Made by a program: the position numbers and the translations under genes. From Candidatus Sulfopaludibacter sp. (GTDB lineage: Bacteria; Acidobacteriota; Terriglobia; Bryobacterales; Bryobacteraceae), in contig DASZMZ010000066.1 of NCBI GenBank assembly GCA_035551455.1, forward strand, positions 868 to 64,867: 64,000 nucleotides of DNA, given 5' to 3'. How positions within the stretch are numbered: the first letter of the stretch is position 1; each line of letters begins with the position of its first letter. Below the pieces are notes generated by a model, which worked only from the letters and a program-made list of their open reading frames with translations, did no database searches and was not told where the DNA came from. Below, in pieces: positions 20,397-29,532 of this stretch.

Positions 20397-21647
20397 TTAG
20401 TTGAGCAATGCCCGCGCTTCCGCTACCAGGAATAGCGACCCCGTGATGAAGATGACGTCGTTCGAAGCGGAGTCCCGCACCAGCGCCAGAGCCGATGCCA
20501 AGTCGGGAGCAACTCGCATGTCGGGATGGTCGACGATCTCCCGCATCGCCTCGGGCGACAGTGCCCGCGACTGCCGCGGCGCGGTCACGATCACCTGGTC
20601 GGCCAGCGGGAACAGAATGGCGCCGATCTCCGCCACGGATTTGTCGCGCATAGCCCCGAAGATCAGGCGCACGCGCCGCCCGGCGTAGAAGCGCACGATA
20701 TACGCCGCCAGCGCGCGCGCTCCAGCCGGATTATGCGCGCCGTCCACAATGATCTCCGGCCTCTCCGAAACGCGTTCCAGACGACCGGGCCATTGGGCCT
20801 GCGCAATTCCCCGCTCGATCGCCTGCGCCGGAATCCCGAGACGGTCCAGCGCCCGCGCCGCCGTGGCCGCGTTCTCCACCTGATGCTCTCCCGCCAACGG
20901 ACACACGATCGTCAGACCCACAGGCTCCAGCCGGAAGCGGCTGCCGCGGGCCGCAAGTTCCAGACCCGCCACGCTCCAGTCCGAAGTCCGCGACACATCG
21001 TCGGCGCGCGCGCTCAGCACCTGCTCCACCTCGGGCCGCTGACGCGAGAAGACCGCCGGTACTCCGGGCTTCAGAATTCCGGCCTTCTCGCCCGCAATGG
21101 CTTCGAGACTGCGCCCCAGGTACATCTCATGATCGAAATCCACGGGCGTGATCACGCAAAGTTCCGGCATCACCACATTGGTGGCATCCAGCCGACCGCC
21201 GAGTCCCACCTCCAGCACCACCCGGCCGGTCCGCTCGGCGGCGAAGACCAGCATCGCCATGGCCGTGACGGTCTCGAAATAGGTAGGGTGCAAATCGATC
21301 GTGCCAGACGCCAGGAGTTGCTCGGCGCAGGCATGCACTTCATTGAATGCGGAGGCGAAGGCGGCGCTATCGATCGGCCGTCCGTCGATCCGGATCCTCT
21401 CGGTGGGTTCCGCCAGGTGCGGCGAGGTGAACAGGCCGGTCCGCTCGCCGTTCGCCCGCAGCGCCGCTTCGATCATGGCGCAGACCGACCCCTTCCCGTT
21501 GGTCCCCGCCACATGCACGAAGCGGCACCGGTCCTGCGGGCGGCCGAGGCCGTCGAGCACGGCGCGAATGCGCTCCAGGCCGAATTTGGCAGTTTTGATT
21601 TCGTTGCCCAGCGCGTAGAGGAATTGGACTGAATCGGGGTAGTTCAC
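20397..21647 (-). CDS. folC: bifunctional folylpolyglutamate synthase / dihydrofolate synthase
   Basis: 416 aa with P-loop HVAGTNGKGS and Mur-ligase-family blocks. The GTG start overlaps the accD stop (GTGA), matching the conserved accD-folC pair. Confidence 0.95.
   Translation of the reverse strand: MNYPDSVQFLYALGNEIKTAKFGLERIRAVLDGLGRPQDRCRFVHVAGTNGKGSVCAMIEAALRANGERTGLFTSPHLAEPTERIRIDGRPIDSAAFASAFNEVHACAEQLLASGTIDLHPTYFETVTAMAMLVFAAERTGRVVLEVGLGGRLDATNVVMPELCVITPVDFDHEMYLGRSLEAIAGEKAGILKPGVPAVFSRQRPEVEQVLSARADDVSRTSDWSVAGLELAARGSRFRLEPVGLTIVCPLAGEHQVENAATAARALDRLGIPAQAIERGIAQAQWPGRLERVSERPEIIVDGAHNPAGARALAAYIVRFYAGRRVRLIFGAMRDKSVAEIGAILFPLADQVIVTAPRQSRALSPEAMREIVDHPDMRVAPDLASALALVRDSASNDVIFITGSLFLVAEARALLN
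20410..20507. repeat. direct repeat copy B (inside the intact folC 3' end)
   Basis: See copy A. The offset between the copies is 1079 bp. Confidence 0.9.
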
Positions 21648-22501
21648 GCCGTGAGGTGGCGCAAGGCGCGCGCGATGTACTGCTTCATTTCCAGGCGCGG
21701 CACTACCGCGTCCAGCATGCCGTGCTTGAGCAGAAACTCGCTGCGCTGAAAACCCTCGGGAAGCTTTTGCCGGATGGTCTGCTCAATTACACGCGGTCCG
21801 GCGAACCCGATCTGCGCGCCCGGTTCGGCGATGTTCAGGTCGCCCAGCATCGCGTAACTGGCCGTGACGCCGCCGGTGGTGGGGTCGGTCAACACACTGA
21901 TGTATGGGATCCGCGCTTCGTCCAGGCGCATGAGCGCCGCCGAAATCTTGGCCATCTGCATGAGGCTGACCGCGCCTTCCTGCATCCGTGCGCCGCCCGA
22001 CGCCGAGACAATAATGATGGGACTTCCCGATTCGAGCGACCGTTCGATGGCGCGCGCGATCTTCTCGCCAACCACCGAACCCATGCTGCCGCCGATGAAC
22101 CGGATGTCCATGGCGCAGAGTTGCACGTCCTGCCCGTCCAACTTGCCGGAGACGCAGATTACGGCGTCGGAGAGCCCGGTGGAAGATTGAAAGCCTTTTA
22201 GGCGGGCGACGTAAGACTTGCTATCCACGAATTGCAGCGGATCGCTGGTGGTCAGGCAGGCGTCGTGCGGCTCCCAGACGCCTTCGTCCATCAGCAGTTT
22301 GACGCGCGCCGGGGCATCCAGGCGGAAGTGATGGCTGCACTTGGAACATACGTTCCAGTTGGCCTCCAGATCCTTTTTCCAGATAATCTGGCGGCAGCCG
22401 TCGCACTTTTGCCATAGGCCTTCAGTGCGAACTTTCCGCTCGGCGTCCTCAACCTTGGGAAGCTTTTCGTCGATCGATTTGTCCCGTTTAAACCACGACA
22501 T
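21644..22501 (-). CDS. accD: acetyl-CoA carboxylase carboxyltransferase subunit beta
   Basis: Start at MSWFKRDK. Zn ribbon CDGC...CSKC, plus GGSMGSVVGEKI and SGGARMQEG motifs. Confidence 0.97.
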   Translation of the reverse strand: MSWFKRDKSIDEKLPKVEDAERKVRTEGLWQKCDGCRQIIWKKDLEANWNVCSKCSHHFRLDAPARVKLLMDEGVWEPHDACLTTSDPLQFVDSKSYVARLKGFQSSTGLSDAVICVSGKLDGQDVQLCAMDIRFIGGSMGSVVGEKIARAIERSLESGSPIIIVSASGGARMQEGAVSLMQMAKISAALMRLDEARIPYISVLTDPTTGGVTASYAMLGDLNIAEPGAQIGFAGPRVIEQTIRQKLPEGFQRSEFLLKHGMLDAVVPRLEMKQYIARALRHLTA

Positions 22502-22514
22502 GCAACGTCCTACG

Positions 22515-22934
22515 TTAGCGCGGGTAGGGATGGCCCCGCAAGGTTGCAAACGCACGGTAGATCTGCTCGGCCAGCATCGCGCGCGCCAATTCGTGTGGAA
22601 AGGTCATGGCGGAGAGGGAGAGCAGCAGGTCCGCGCGCGGGCCCCACCCGGCCGGCAGACCATCGTGGCCGCCGATCAGGAAGACCAGATCGCGACCTTC
22701 CATTTCGGCCTTGGAGAAGACTTTGGCAAAGGCCGCCGAGTCCATGGGCTTGCCTGCCGGATCCAGAAAAATCTTGCGCGCGGAGGGATGTTTGGCCCAC
22801 AAATCGGCACGGTCCGGGCGGATCTCCCGCATCTCGGCCGGACAGTATCGGGAGGCGCGAGCCAGGAAGTCCTCGGCGATTGCGTTGGTGTGGGAGTCTT
22901 TCGGCTTGCCAATGAAGTAAAGGTAGATCTTCAC
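22515..22934 (-). CDS. rlmH: 23S rRNA (pseudouridine1915-N3)-methyltransferase
   Basis: 139 aa of SPOUT fold (LVFLIGGHDGL, SLSAMTFPHELARAMLAEQIYRA). The GTG start overlaps the rsfS stop. Confidence 0.93.
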   Translation of the reverse strand: MKIYLYFIGKPKDSHTNAIAEDFLARASRYCPAEMREIRPDRADLWAKHPSARKIFLDPAGKPMDSAAFAKVFSKAEMEGRDLVFLIGGHDGLPAGWGPRADLLLSLSAMTFPHELARAMLAEQIYRAFATLRGHPYPR

Positions 22935-23344
22935 TCCGGCGGAATCTCAACGGTGGTTGCATTCCGCCATAGCCGCTCCAAATCGTAGTAGTCGCGCGAT
23001 TTCGGCGAAAAGATGTGAATCAGCAGGTCGCCATAATCCGCCAGAACCCATTCCGCCGTTGTGTAGCCTTCCAGGCTGTTGGGCAGTTCTCCGGCATTCT
23101 TCTTCAGTTCGATGCGCACTTCGTCGGCAATCGCCTGGATCTGCCGTTGATTCGCGCCCGTGCAAATGACGAAATAATCCGCAAACGAGGTGATTCCAGT
23201 CAGATCCAGAACCTTGATATCGGTTGCTTTCTTGGATTCGGCGGCGCGTACGGCTAGGAGCCAGGTTGGCGTTGCGAGAGGGCTTTCAGGGGTTTCCTTA
23301 ACTTCGGTCTTGGTCAGAACACGCTCCTTCCCGTATCCTACCAC
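22931..23344 (-). CDS. rsfS: ribosome silencing factor
   Basis: Conserved KKATDIKVLDLTGITSFADYFVICTGANQRQIQAIADEV...WVLADYGDLLIHIF. The start is uncertain: GTG at 23344 is chosen because the longest ORF start (GTG at 23395) would overlap the divergent gene at 23377. Confidence 0.88.
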   Translation of the reverse strand: MVGYGKERVLTKTEVKETPESPLATPTWLLAVRAAESKKATDIKVLDLTGITSFADYFVICTGANQRQIQAIADEVRIELKKNAGELPNSLEGYTTAEWVLADYGDLLIHIFSPKSRDYYDLERLWRNATTVEIPPE

Positions 23345-23376
23345 CGCTTTCGACCCCCTGGTAATATACTGATCGC

Positions 23377-24252
23377 ATGCGGTTTCTCCCCACACTTCTG
23401 CTCCTGGCCGCCGCGTGCCAGGCCCAGGACCTGCCTCTCACGGGTATCAGCCACGTCAATTTCCGCGTCTCCAACCTGGAAAAGGCGCAAGCCTTCTACA
23501 CGGGAGTTCTGGGGCTGCCGATGGCTTTCAGCACCGGCCGGAACGGCGCCATCGGCACCGCTTATCTGAAGGTCAACGATGAACAATACATCGAGTTCTC
23601 GACGGGACTGAAGGAGGGTGACGATCATCGCCTCACCCACGTCGCCTTTGTCACCCCGGATATCGAAAAACTCCACGCCGAACTGACGGCCCGGGGACTC
23701 GAGCCGACTCCGTTGCGTCCTCCCGGCGGCGATGGCACCCGCGGCATCCGCATCACCGACCCGTTCGGCTATCCGCTCGAATTCACCGAGTACCTGCCCG
23801 GCTCGGAACATGCCAAAGCGCGCGGCAAGTTCGAGGACCCCAAGCGCATCTCGCTCCACATTATGCACGCCGGAATCCTGGTGCCTCGGGAAAAGCTCGA
23901 CGTGGCGCTGGCTTACTACCGGGACAAGATGGGCTTCATCGAATTCTGGCGCGGCGGCAAGCAGGACGGTCAGACCGACTGGGTCAATCTGCGGACGCCC
24001 GGCGCCGGGGGCGATTACATCGAACTGATGCTTTATTCGGGCACGCCGACGCGGGAGAAACTCGGCGATATGCAGCACGTAGCGCTCGAAGTCCCGGACA
24101 TCCAGCAGGCCAATCGGACGGTAATCCAGCGCGGCGTACAAGATGAAAAATCAAAACCGAAGATCGGCCGCAACGGCAAATGGCAGCTGAATCTGTATGA
24201 TGCGGACGGCAGCCGGACCGAGCTGATGGAGCCGAAGGCAGCCGTCAAGTAA
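23377..24252 (+). CDS. exported two-domain VOC (glyoxalase/bleomycin-resistance/dioxygenase) family protein
   Basis: Signal peptide MRFLPTLLLLAAACQAQ followed by two HV.F.V.....A..FY...LG-type VOC modules. Confidence 0.8.
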   Translation: MRFLPTLLLLAAACQAQDLPLTGISHVNFRVSNLEKAQAFYTGVLGLPMAFSTGRNGAIGTAYLKVNDEQYIEFSTGLKEGDDHRLTHVAFVTPDIEKLHAELTARGLEPTPLRPPGGDGTRGIRITDPFGYPLEFTEYLPGSEHAKARGKFEDPKRISLHIMHAGILVPREKLDVALAYYRDKMGFIEFWRGGKQDGQTDWVNLRTPGAGGDYIELMLYSGTPTREKLGDMQHVALEVPDIQQANRTVIQRGVQDEKSKPKIGRNGKWQLNLYDADGSRTELMEPKAAVK

Positions 24253-24310
24253 TGCCGGCGGGCCAGACGGCCCCGTAGACAGATTGATCCAGACTGTTGC
24301 CCCCCCGCGA

Positions 24311-27300
24311 TCAGAACGTGAAGCGGATTCCGAGTTGGACGCGCCGGTTGTTGGCTGCGCCGCCGAAACCGCCGGGGCCGCCCGGTCCGCCGCCGCCAAA
24401 TCCAGTATTCACGGACGTGGCCTGCAGGAAGTACGGACTCGTAATCACGCCCTGATACCCACCGGGATTCACGTGATTCAACAGATTCTCGAAGTTCACC
24501 GAGAAGGTCACGTTGTACGGATGCTCCGTCGAATCGCCGCCCATCCCCATGGGTCCGCCGCGTCCGCCCATACCGCCGCCGGGAGGTCCGCCGCCGCCGG
24601 GTCCATGACCGCCGCCGCCAGGACCGCCCATTCCGCCGCCGCCGGAAAGTCCCATCACTCCGGCCGAAGGCATGCCGCCCGGTTGATCGGCCGCTTTGTT
24701 GTTCTTGGCGCCGCCGAAGCCAAACGTGCGATACAGGCGGAGGTTCACTGAGAAAAGGCCCGGCATCGTCAGATAGTTGCGCGGCACCAGATTCGTTGCG
24801 CCCGTCACGCTGTAGGCCGAAGTGAAGGTTCCAAAGGGCGAGCAGACCGTATTGCCGGTACGAACCACCGAATCGCAGGTCCCCGCGGAGGAGAAGGCCG
24901 CCCGCGCATTCGTCTCGTTGTCGCCGTAGAGATCCTGACCTGCCAGCACGTCGTAAGGCGAACCGGAGCGCATCGTAATAAAGGGCGCGAGGCGCACGTT
25001 GCCGGGGGCCGTCACGTTACCGATCAACTGGAAATTGTGACGACGATCAAAGCTCGACCGGCCATAATCCTGCAGGAAATTATAGGGATTGGTGGGCGAC
25101 CCGGGCAGATCTTTGGCATAGCCCAAAGAGTAGTTTCCAAACAGCGATACCTTGCTGCTGAAGCGCGTATTGAAGTTGAACATCAGCAGATGCTGCCGCA
25201 TGAAGCCGCCCGATTCCGTCTGGAAGATGGTGCCGGCGGAGTAGCCATACGGGAACAAGCCATTGGTCGCGCTCAAAGGAAGATTCGGGTTGAAAGTGCC
25301 CGGCAGCGGCGTGTTCACGGGCACGGACTGGGCCATGTGCACGGTCCGGTTGAAAGAATAGGTCACCGCCACGGTAGTGTTGCGCGGCAACTGGCGCTCC
25401 ACGCCGATTGCGCCCTGCATGGCGTAGCTGGAACGCAGATTTTGATCCAGCTTGAGGATGGTATTTTGCCCGGCGCTCAGGCTGGAGAGCGAGGGGATAG
25501 TGGGATAGAACGTGGGATTGTAGACCGTATACTGCAACTGATTCACGCCGTTATTCAACTCGGCGGATTCGAACAGGCCCAGCGAGACCCGGTCGTAGAA
25601 CAGGCCGAATCCGCCGCGGACCACGGTCTTTTGGCGGCCGTTCTTGGCCTTGCCGGGCGCCCAGGCGAAGCCCAAGCGCGGCGCGAAATCGTGACCGGCG
25701 TTCAGCAGCGTCTGCGCTTCATAGCGCAAGCCGGCGCTCACGGTCAGGTTCGGCCGGACACGCCAGTCGTCCTGAATGAAGGGACCGAAGTCCCAGCGAT
25801 CGCCGCTAATGTAGGATTGGCCGGCTTGAATCGAGAAGCGCGAGGGTCCGCCGCCCAGTGCCTGCACCTGCGCCGCGGAAAGACCAGCCTGCGCCAACAA
25901 CACTCCGCGCTCGTACTGCTGCAGTGAGGTGAGCGTGACCGTGAGTGGGTTGCCATTGGAATCCAGCAGCGCGGTGTTGGCCGCGCTCAACTGCGGTTCC
26001 ACGCCTCCCAGGAAGGTGTACGACCCGGCAAAGCCGCCGGGGTTATTCGTCTGATCGCTATCGCGCCGCATACGGATTCCGAAGCGGATGGTGTGCGCGC
26101 CGTGCGAAAGCGAAGTATTGTTCTGTAGTTCGAAGTGCTTGCTCAACGAGTGAGTGTCACCTATCCCGTTACCGCCCGTGACGAACGCGCCGGCCACGTT
26201 GATCTGCGGCAGCAGGTCACCGGGCGACGCATTGTAGTTGCGGAAGAGTTGGAAGCGAGTCTCGTTCACGGCCCGTGGGGTTAAGATGGCGCTCTCGGTG
26301 ATCATGACGTTCTGACCGTTTCCGGTGGAATTGTACGCCAGGTTGGAGTACGGAGCCGGCAGACGCGTACCGCCCAGGCCGGCGTTGTCGCGCGAATTCA
26401 CGCGCTCTTCCACGCGCACCGTCAGGGTGTGATTGGTGCTCAATGCGTAATCCAACCGCGGGGCCAGCACCGTGAAGGAGGAGGGTGAAACCACTGCCGT
26501 ATTGATGTTCGACTGGGTCAGAGTCTTGGGATCGAAATACTGCGCCACGATGATCGAATTGTCCTGCACATCGCGGCGATTGAAATCCATGAAGAACGAA
26601 GCCTTCTTGCCGAGTGACCCGCCGATGTTGCCGCTCCACATGCGCATCGAATAATCCGGCTTATCGTTGGAGAAGGGATTGCGCGAATTGAAGATTCCGT
26701 CGCTATCCATCAGCGATACAGCGCCGCGCAGTTTGTCGGTTCCGGGCTTGGTCAAAATCTCGATGCGGCCGAAACCCAGCCGGTCATACTCCGCCGAGAA
26801 GGGATTCTGGTTGATGCGGATCTCGCGAATGGATTCCTTCGGGGGCAACTGGCCGCCGCTGAAGCCATCGATGTAAATCTGCCCGCCATTCGGTCCGGCG
26901 CCCGGGCCGGCCAGAGCCTGCAGGGCGTCGGAAAGGTCGTCGGGATCGTCCGGCAGAGCCTGGAGGTCGCTGCCTTTAATCACCAGCGCGGTGGCGTTGT
27001 TGTCCGGCTCGACGCTGACGGTGGAGGTGGCTTCGGCCTGAACCGTGACTTCCTGTTTCTCCGCGCGAACGGCCAATTGGATGGGCACCTGAATGGTAGC
27101 GCCGGCAGTCACCGTCACCGGCTTGGCGAATGTCGAGAAACCGGCCAGAACCACGTTTACCGTGTACTGTCCCGGCGCGAGGCCCACAACCGTGTAACTT
27201 CCGTCGCTTTGCGTTTCAATGGTCTTGGTGGCGCCGTTACCGGTCAGAGTCACAGTTGCCGCTGGAATGACGGCGCCCGAATCATCGGAGAGGACCCCTT

Positions 27301-27388
27301 TCACGGTGCCGCTGTTCTGCTGGGCGATGGCCGCAGCGACGAACAGGACGACCGCCAACAGGTGAAAAAACGATCTTAGTTTGGCCAT
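24311..27388 (-). CDS. TonB-dependent-receptor-like outer-membrane beta-barrel with an N-terminal carboxypeptidase-regulatory-like domain
   Basis: Start at MAKLRSFFHLLAVVLFVAAAIAQ. GTVKGVLSDDSGAVIPAATVTL... is a CarboxypepD_reg fold, followed by a plug-like region and a long barrel ending in the aromatic terminus LGIRFTF. A Gly-rich low-complexity tract lies near the C-terminus. Confidence 0.85.
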   Translation of the reverse strand: MAKLRSFFHLLAVVLFVAAAIAQQNSGTVKGVLSDDSGAVIPAATVTLTGNGATKTIETQSDGSYTVVGLAPGQYTVNVVLAGFSTFAKPVTVTAGATIQVPIQLAVRAEKQEVTVQAEATSTVSVEPDNNATALVIKGSDLQALPDDPDDLSDALQALAGPGAGPNGGQIYIDGFSGGQLPPKESIREIRINQNPFSAEYDRLGFGRIEILTKPGTDKLRGAVSLMDSDGIFNSRNPFSNDKPDYSMRMWSGNIGGSLGKKASFFMDFNRRDVQDNSIIVAQYFDPKTLTQSNINTAVVSPSSFTVLAPRLDYALSTNHTLTVRVEERVNSRDNAGLGGTRLPAPYSNLAYNSTGNGQNVMITESAILTPRAVNETRFQLFRNYNASPGDLLPQINVAGAFVTGGNGIGDTHSLSKHFELQNNTSLSHGAHTIRFGIRMRRDSDQTNNPGGFAGSYTFLGGVEPQLSAANTALLDSNGNPLTVTLTSLQQYERGVLLAQAGLSAAQVQALGGGPSRFSIQAGQSYISGDRWDFGPFIQDDWRVRPNLTVSAGLRYEAQTLLNAGHDFAPRLGFAWAPGKAKNGRQKTVVRGGFGLFYDRVSLGLFESAELNNGVNQLQYTVYNPTFYPTIPSLSSLSAGQNTILKLDQNLRSSYAMQGAIGVERQLPRNTTVAVTYSFNRTVHMAQSVPVNTPLPGTFNPNLPLSATNGLFPYGYSAGTIFQTESGGFMRQHLLMFNFNTRFSSKVSLFGNYSLGYAKDLPGSPTNPYNFLQDYGRSSFDRRHNFQLIGNVTAPGNVRLAPFITMRSGSPYDVLAGQDLYGDNETNARAAFSSAGTCDSVVRTGNTVCSPFGTFTSAYSVTGATNLVPRNYLTMPGLFSVNLRLYRTFGFGGAKNNKAADQPGGMPSAGVMGLSGGGGMGGPGGGGHGPGGGGPPGGGMGGRGGPMGMGGDSTEHPYNVTFSVNFENLLNHVNPGGYQGVITSPYFLQATSVNTGFGGGGPGGPGGFGGAANNRRVQLGIRFTF

Positions 27389-27491
27389 GTCATATACATG
27401 GCGTCGAAGCTCCAAGGCCGGGTACGCCGGTAATGTAAAGAACTGTTAAGTTTGGCCGGGCGACGGAAGTTAAATTGTGTAAACTCCTGAA

Positions 27492-28199
27492 TCAATTCAA
27501 CATTCCGGCAATCTCCTGATGTAACCGCTGGGTCAGGCCATCCCGATCGGACACTTTCAAATCTTTGGTGGAAATCGGGTTGCCAATCCGCAGAATCACG
27601 CTGCCGCCTCGAATGTGGATCGACTCCATGGGCAGTTTCTCGCGCATGCCGATCAGCGCCATCGGGACAATGGGCACTCCGGCTTTAATCGCGATATACG
27701 CCGCGCCTTCCTTGAATTCACGAAGACCTTCCGGCGCCCGTCCGCCTTCCGGGAACAACAGCATGCAGGTACCGCGAGATTGAATCACGCGGGCCGCCTC
27801 GGTCATGCTCTTGAGAGACGCTCGGGGGCTCGAGCGATCCACCGGCAGGTGACCGGCGCGCAGCAGATGGCCGCCAAGAAAAGGAATTTTGTACAGTCCT
27901 TTCTTGGCGAAGAAGCGGAACTGATGCGGCAGTTGCGAGAGTATCGCCGGGATATCCATGAGGCTGGCATGGTTCGAAACAAAAACATAAGTGCCGCGCG
28001 GATCGAGTTTCTCCAAGCCTTCCGACCGGACATGGATGAAACTGACTGCCAGCAGCATCTTGCCCCAAATACGCGCCAGGTGATGCATCCGGTTGCCCTG
28101 CGGGTCGAAGAAGGAAACTAGAATGGACAGGCTGCCCATCACAATCGTCGACAGGGCAATGAGAGGAGTGGAAATCAGCAGAGACCGGAGGAAACTCAT
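27492..28199 (-). CDS. plsC: 1-acyl-sn-glycerol-3-phosphate acyltransferase
   Basis: Start at MSFLRSLL. Acyltransferase motifs NHASLMD (HX4D) and FPEGGR. Confidence 0.88.
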   Translation of the reverse strand: MSFLRSLLISTPLIALSTIVMGSLSILVSFFDPQGNRMHHLARIWGKMLLAVSFIHVRSEGLEKLDPRGTYVFVSNHASLMDIPAILSQLPHQFRFFAKKGLYKIPFLGGHLLRAGHLPVDRSSPRASLKSMTEAARVIQSRGTCMLLFPEGGRAPEGLREFKEGAAYIAIKAGVPIVPMALIGMREKLPMESIHIRGGSVILRIGNPISTKDLKVSDRDGLTQRLHQEIAGMLN

Positions 28200-28233
28200 C
28201 GTCGCACCAATGATAACAAGGTGCGACGGCGGA

Positions 28234-29532
28234 CTAGCTGGAAACTGGGGATCGTTCAGGATCGCCACGAAGACCCGGAGCCATGCGCTGCCAGGCCCAT
28301 TTGAACGCGTACAGCGAACAGCCGATTGCCACCGCCAGCACCGCATTGACGGCCAGCACCGCCAGTGCCGTGGCCAGGAAAGCCAGCGCGTCCACCCTGC
28401 TCATCTTCGGCAGGCGACGCCAGGCGCTCCAATCGAGCAGGCATAGTCCCATCCAAGCAGTGACGCCGGCGATGGCGGGAATCGGAATGTGCGAAACGAA
28501 GCCCGCTCCCACCGCCAGAATACCGATGAGAAACACGGCGTGCAGTAAATTCGAAAGGCGCGACGTGCCCCCGCACCGGACCACCGCCAAACTACGCGCC
28601 GGAATTCCCACGCTCAACGGCGCGCCGAACATGCCGGCGAAGATATTGGCAATTCCGTAAGCGCCGAGTTCCGAATCGGCGTCGCTGGATTTCATGCGCT
28701 TGTGCCGTCCGCGGAAATGCTCGACCACGCGCGAGGTGATCAGGATGTTCACGCTGGAAACGAAGGCCAGTCCGAAGGCTGAAGGGAGGACGGTGAAAAC
28801 GTCGGTGGGCTTCCAGGAAAATTCGATGAAGGGCGGGAGGGCGGCCGGCAGATTGCCCACTTCCTTTTCGTGCATGCCGAAAAAGCGCGCGATCAGGATG
28901 GCGAGTCCTACGCCGATCAGGGGCGCGGGAAGACGCGGTGAAACCCGCGCAACGGCCGTAGCCGCGATGATCACCACGATTCCCAGAACCAGGGGGAACA
29001 GGCGCATGGCGGCGATGTGATCGAAAAAAGCTACCAGTTGGCCCATCGCTGTAGCCGAAGCCCGCGCCGTGGGTGATGCGATACCGAAAATAATGTCGAG
29101 TTGCGAGATCAGCATCATGCCGCCGATGCCGCAGGAAAACCCGGAAACTACGGCATGCGGCACGCGCGTGATATGGCGCCCCAGTTTCAGGACGCAGAAC
29201 CCCATCATGATGACAGAGGCCACGATGGAAACTTTGGCGGCGCCGCCGATACCCTGGCTGCGCACCGCCGCCGCAATGAAAGGAACCGTAGCGCTGGCCG
29301 TGCCGCCGATCAGGACGGGGTTCCGTCCCAAAACGGCAATCACCGGCGCCGTGAGAATCGAAGTGAAAATACCCAGTACTGGCGGCAATCCCATGAGAGA
29401 CGCCAGCGCCAAACCATAAGGAAGCGCGATCAGGGCTGCAATCGCGCCGCCCGCACAGTCTCCCATCAGTTGACTGGGGCCGTATTTTTCACCGCGCGGC
29501 GTTCCAGTGAGCAGGAACGCCCGAAGCTTCAA
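28234..29532 (-). CDS. SulP-family inorganic anion transporter lacking a STAS domain
   Basis: 432 aa, with DCAGGAIAALIALPYGLALASLMGLPPVLGIFTS typical of the SulP N-terminus, and ending after the last TM segments. The TTG start overlaps the stop of the upstream gene (TTGA). An alternative ATG lies at 29466. Confidence 0.8.
   Translation of the reverse strand: MKLRAFLLTGTPRGEKYGPSQLMGDCAGGAIAALIALPYGLALASLMGLPPVLGIFTSILTAPVIAVLGRNPVLIGGTASATVPFIAAAVRSQGIGGAAKVSIVASVIMMGFCVLKLGRHITRVPHAVVSGFSCGIGGMMLISQLDIIFGIASPTARASATAMGQLVAFFDHIAAMRLFPLVLGIVVIIAATAVARVSPRLPAPLIGVGLAILIARFFGMHEKEVGNLPAALPPFIEFSWKPTDVFTVLPSAFGLAFVSSVNILITSRVVEHFRGRHKRMKSSDADSELGAYGIANIFAGMFGAPLSVGIPARSLAVVRCGGTSRLSNLLHAVFLIGILAVGAGFVSHIPIPAIAGVTAWMGLCLLDWSAWRRLPKMSRVDALAFLATALAVLAVNAVLAVAIGCSLYAFKWAWQRMAPGLRGDPERSPVSS

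Noticed and set aside
19429-20409. The folC islet as a bona fide mobile element
   Set aside because: No integrase, transposase, inverted terminal repeats or tRNA target are visible. It is reported only as direct repeats plus an islet, not as a classified mobile element.
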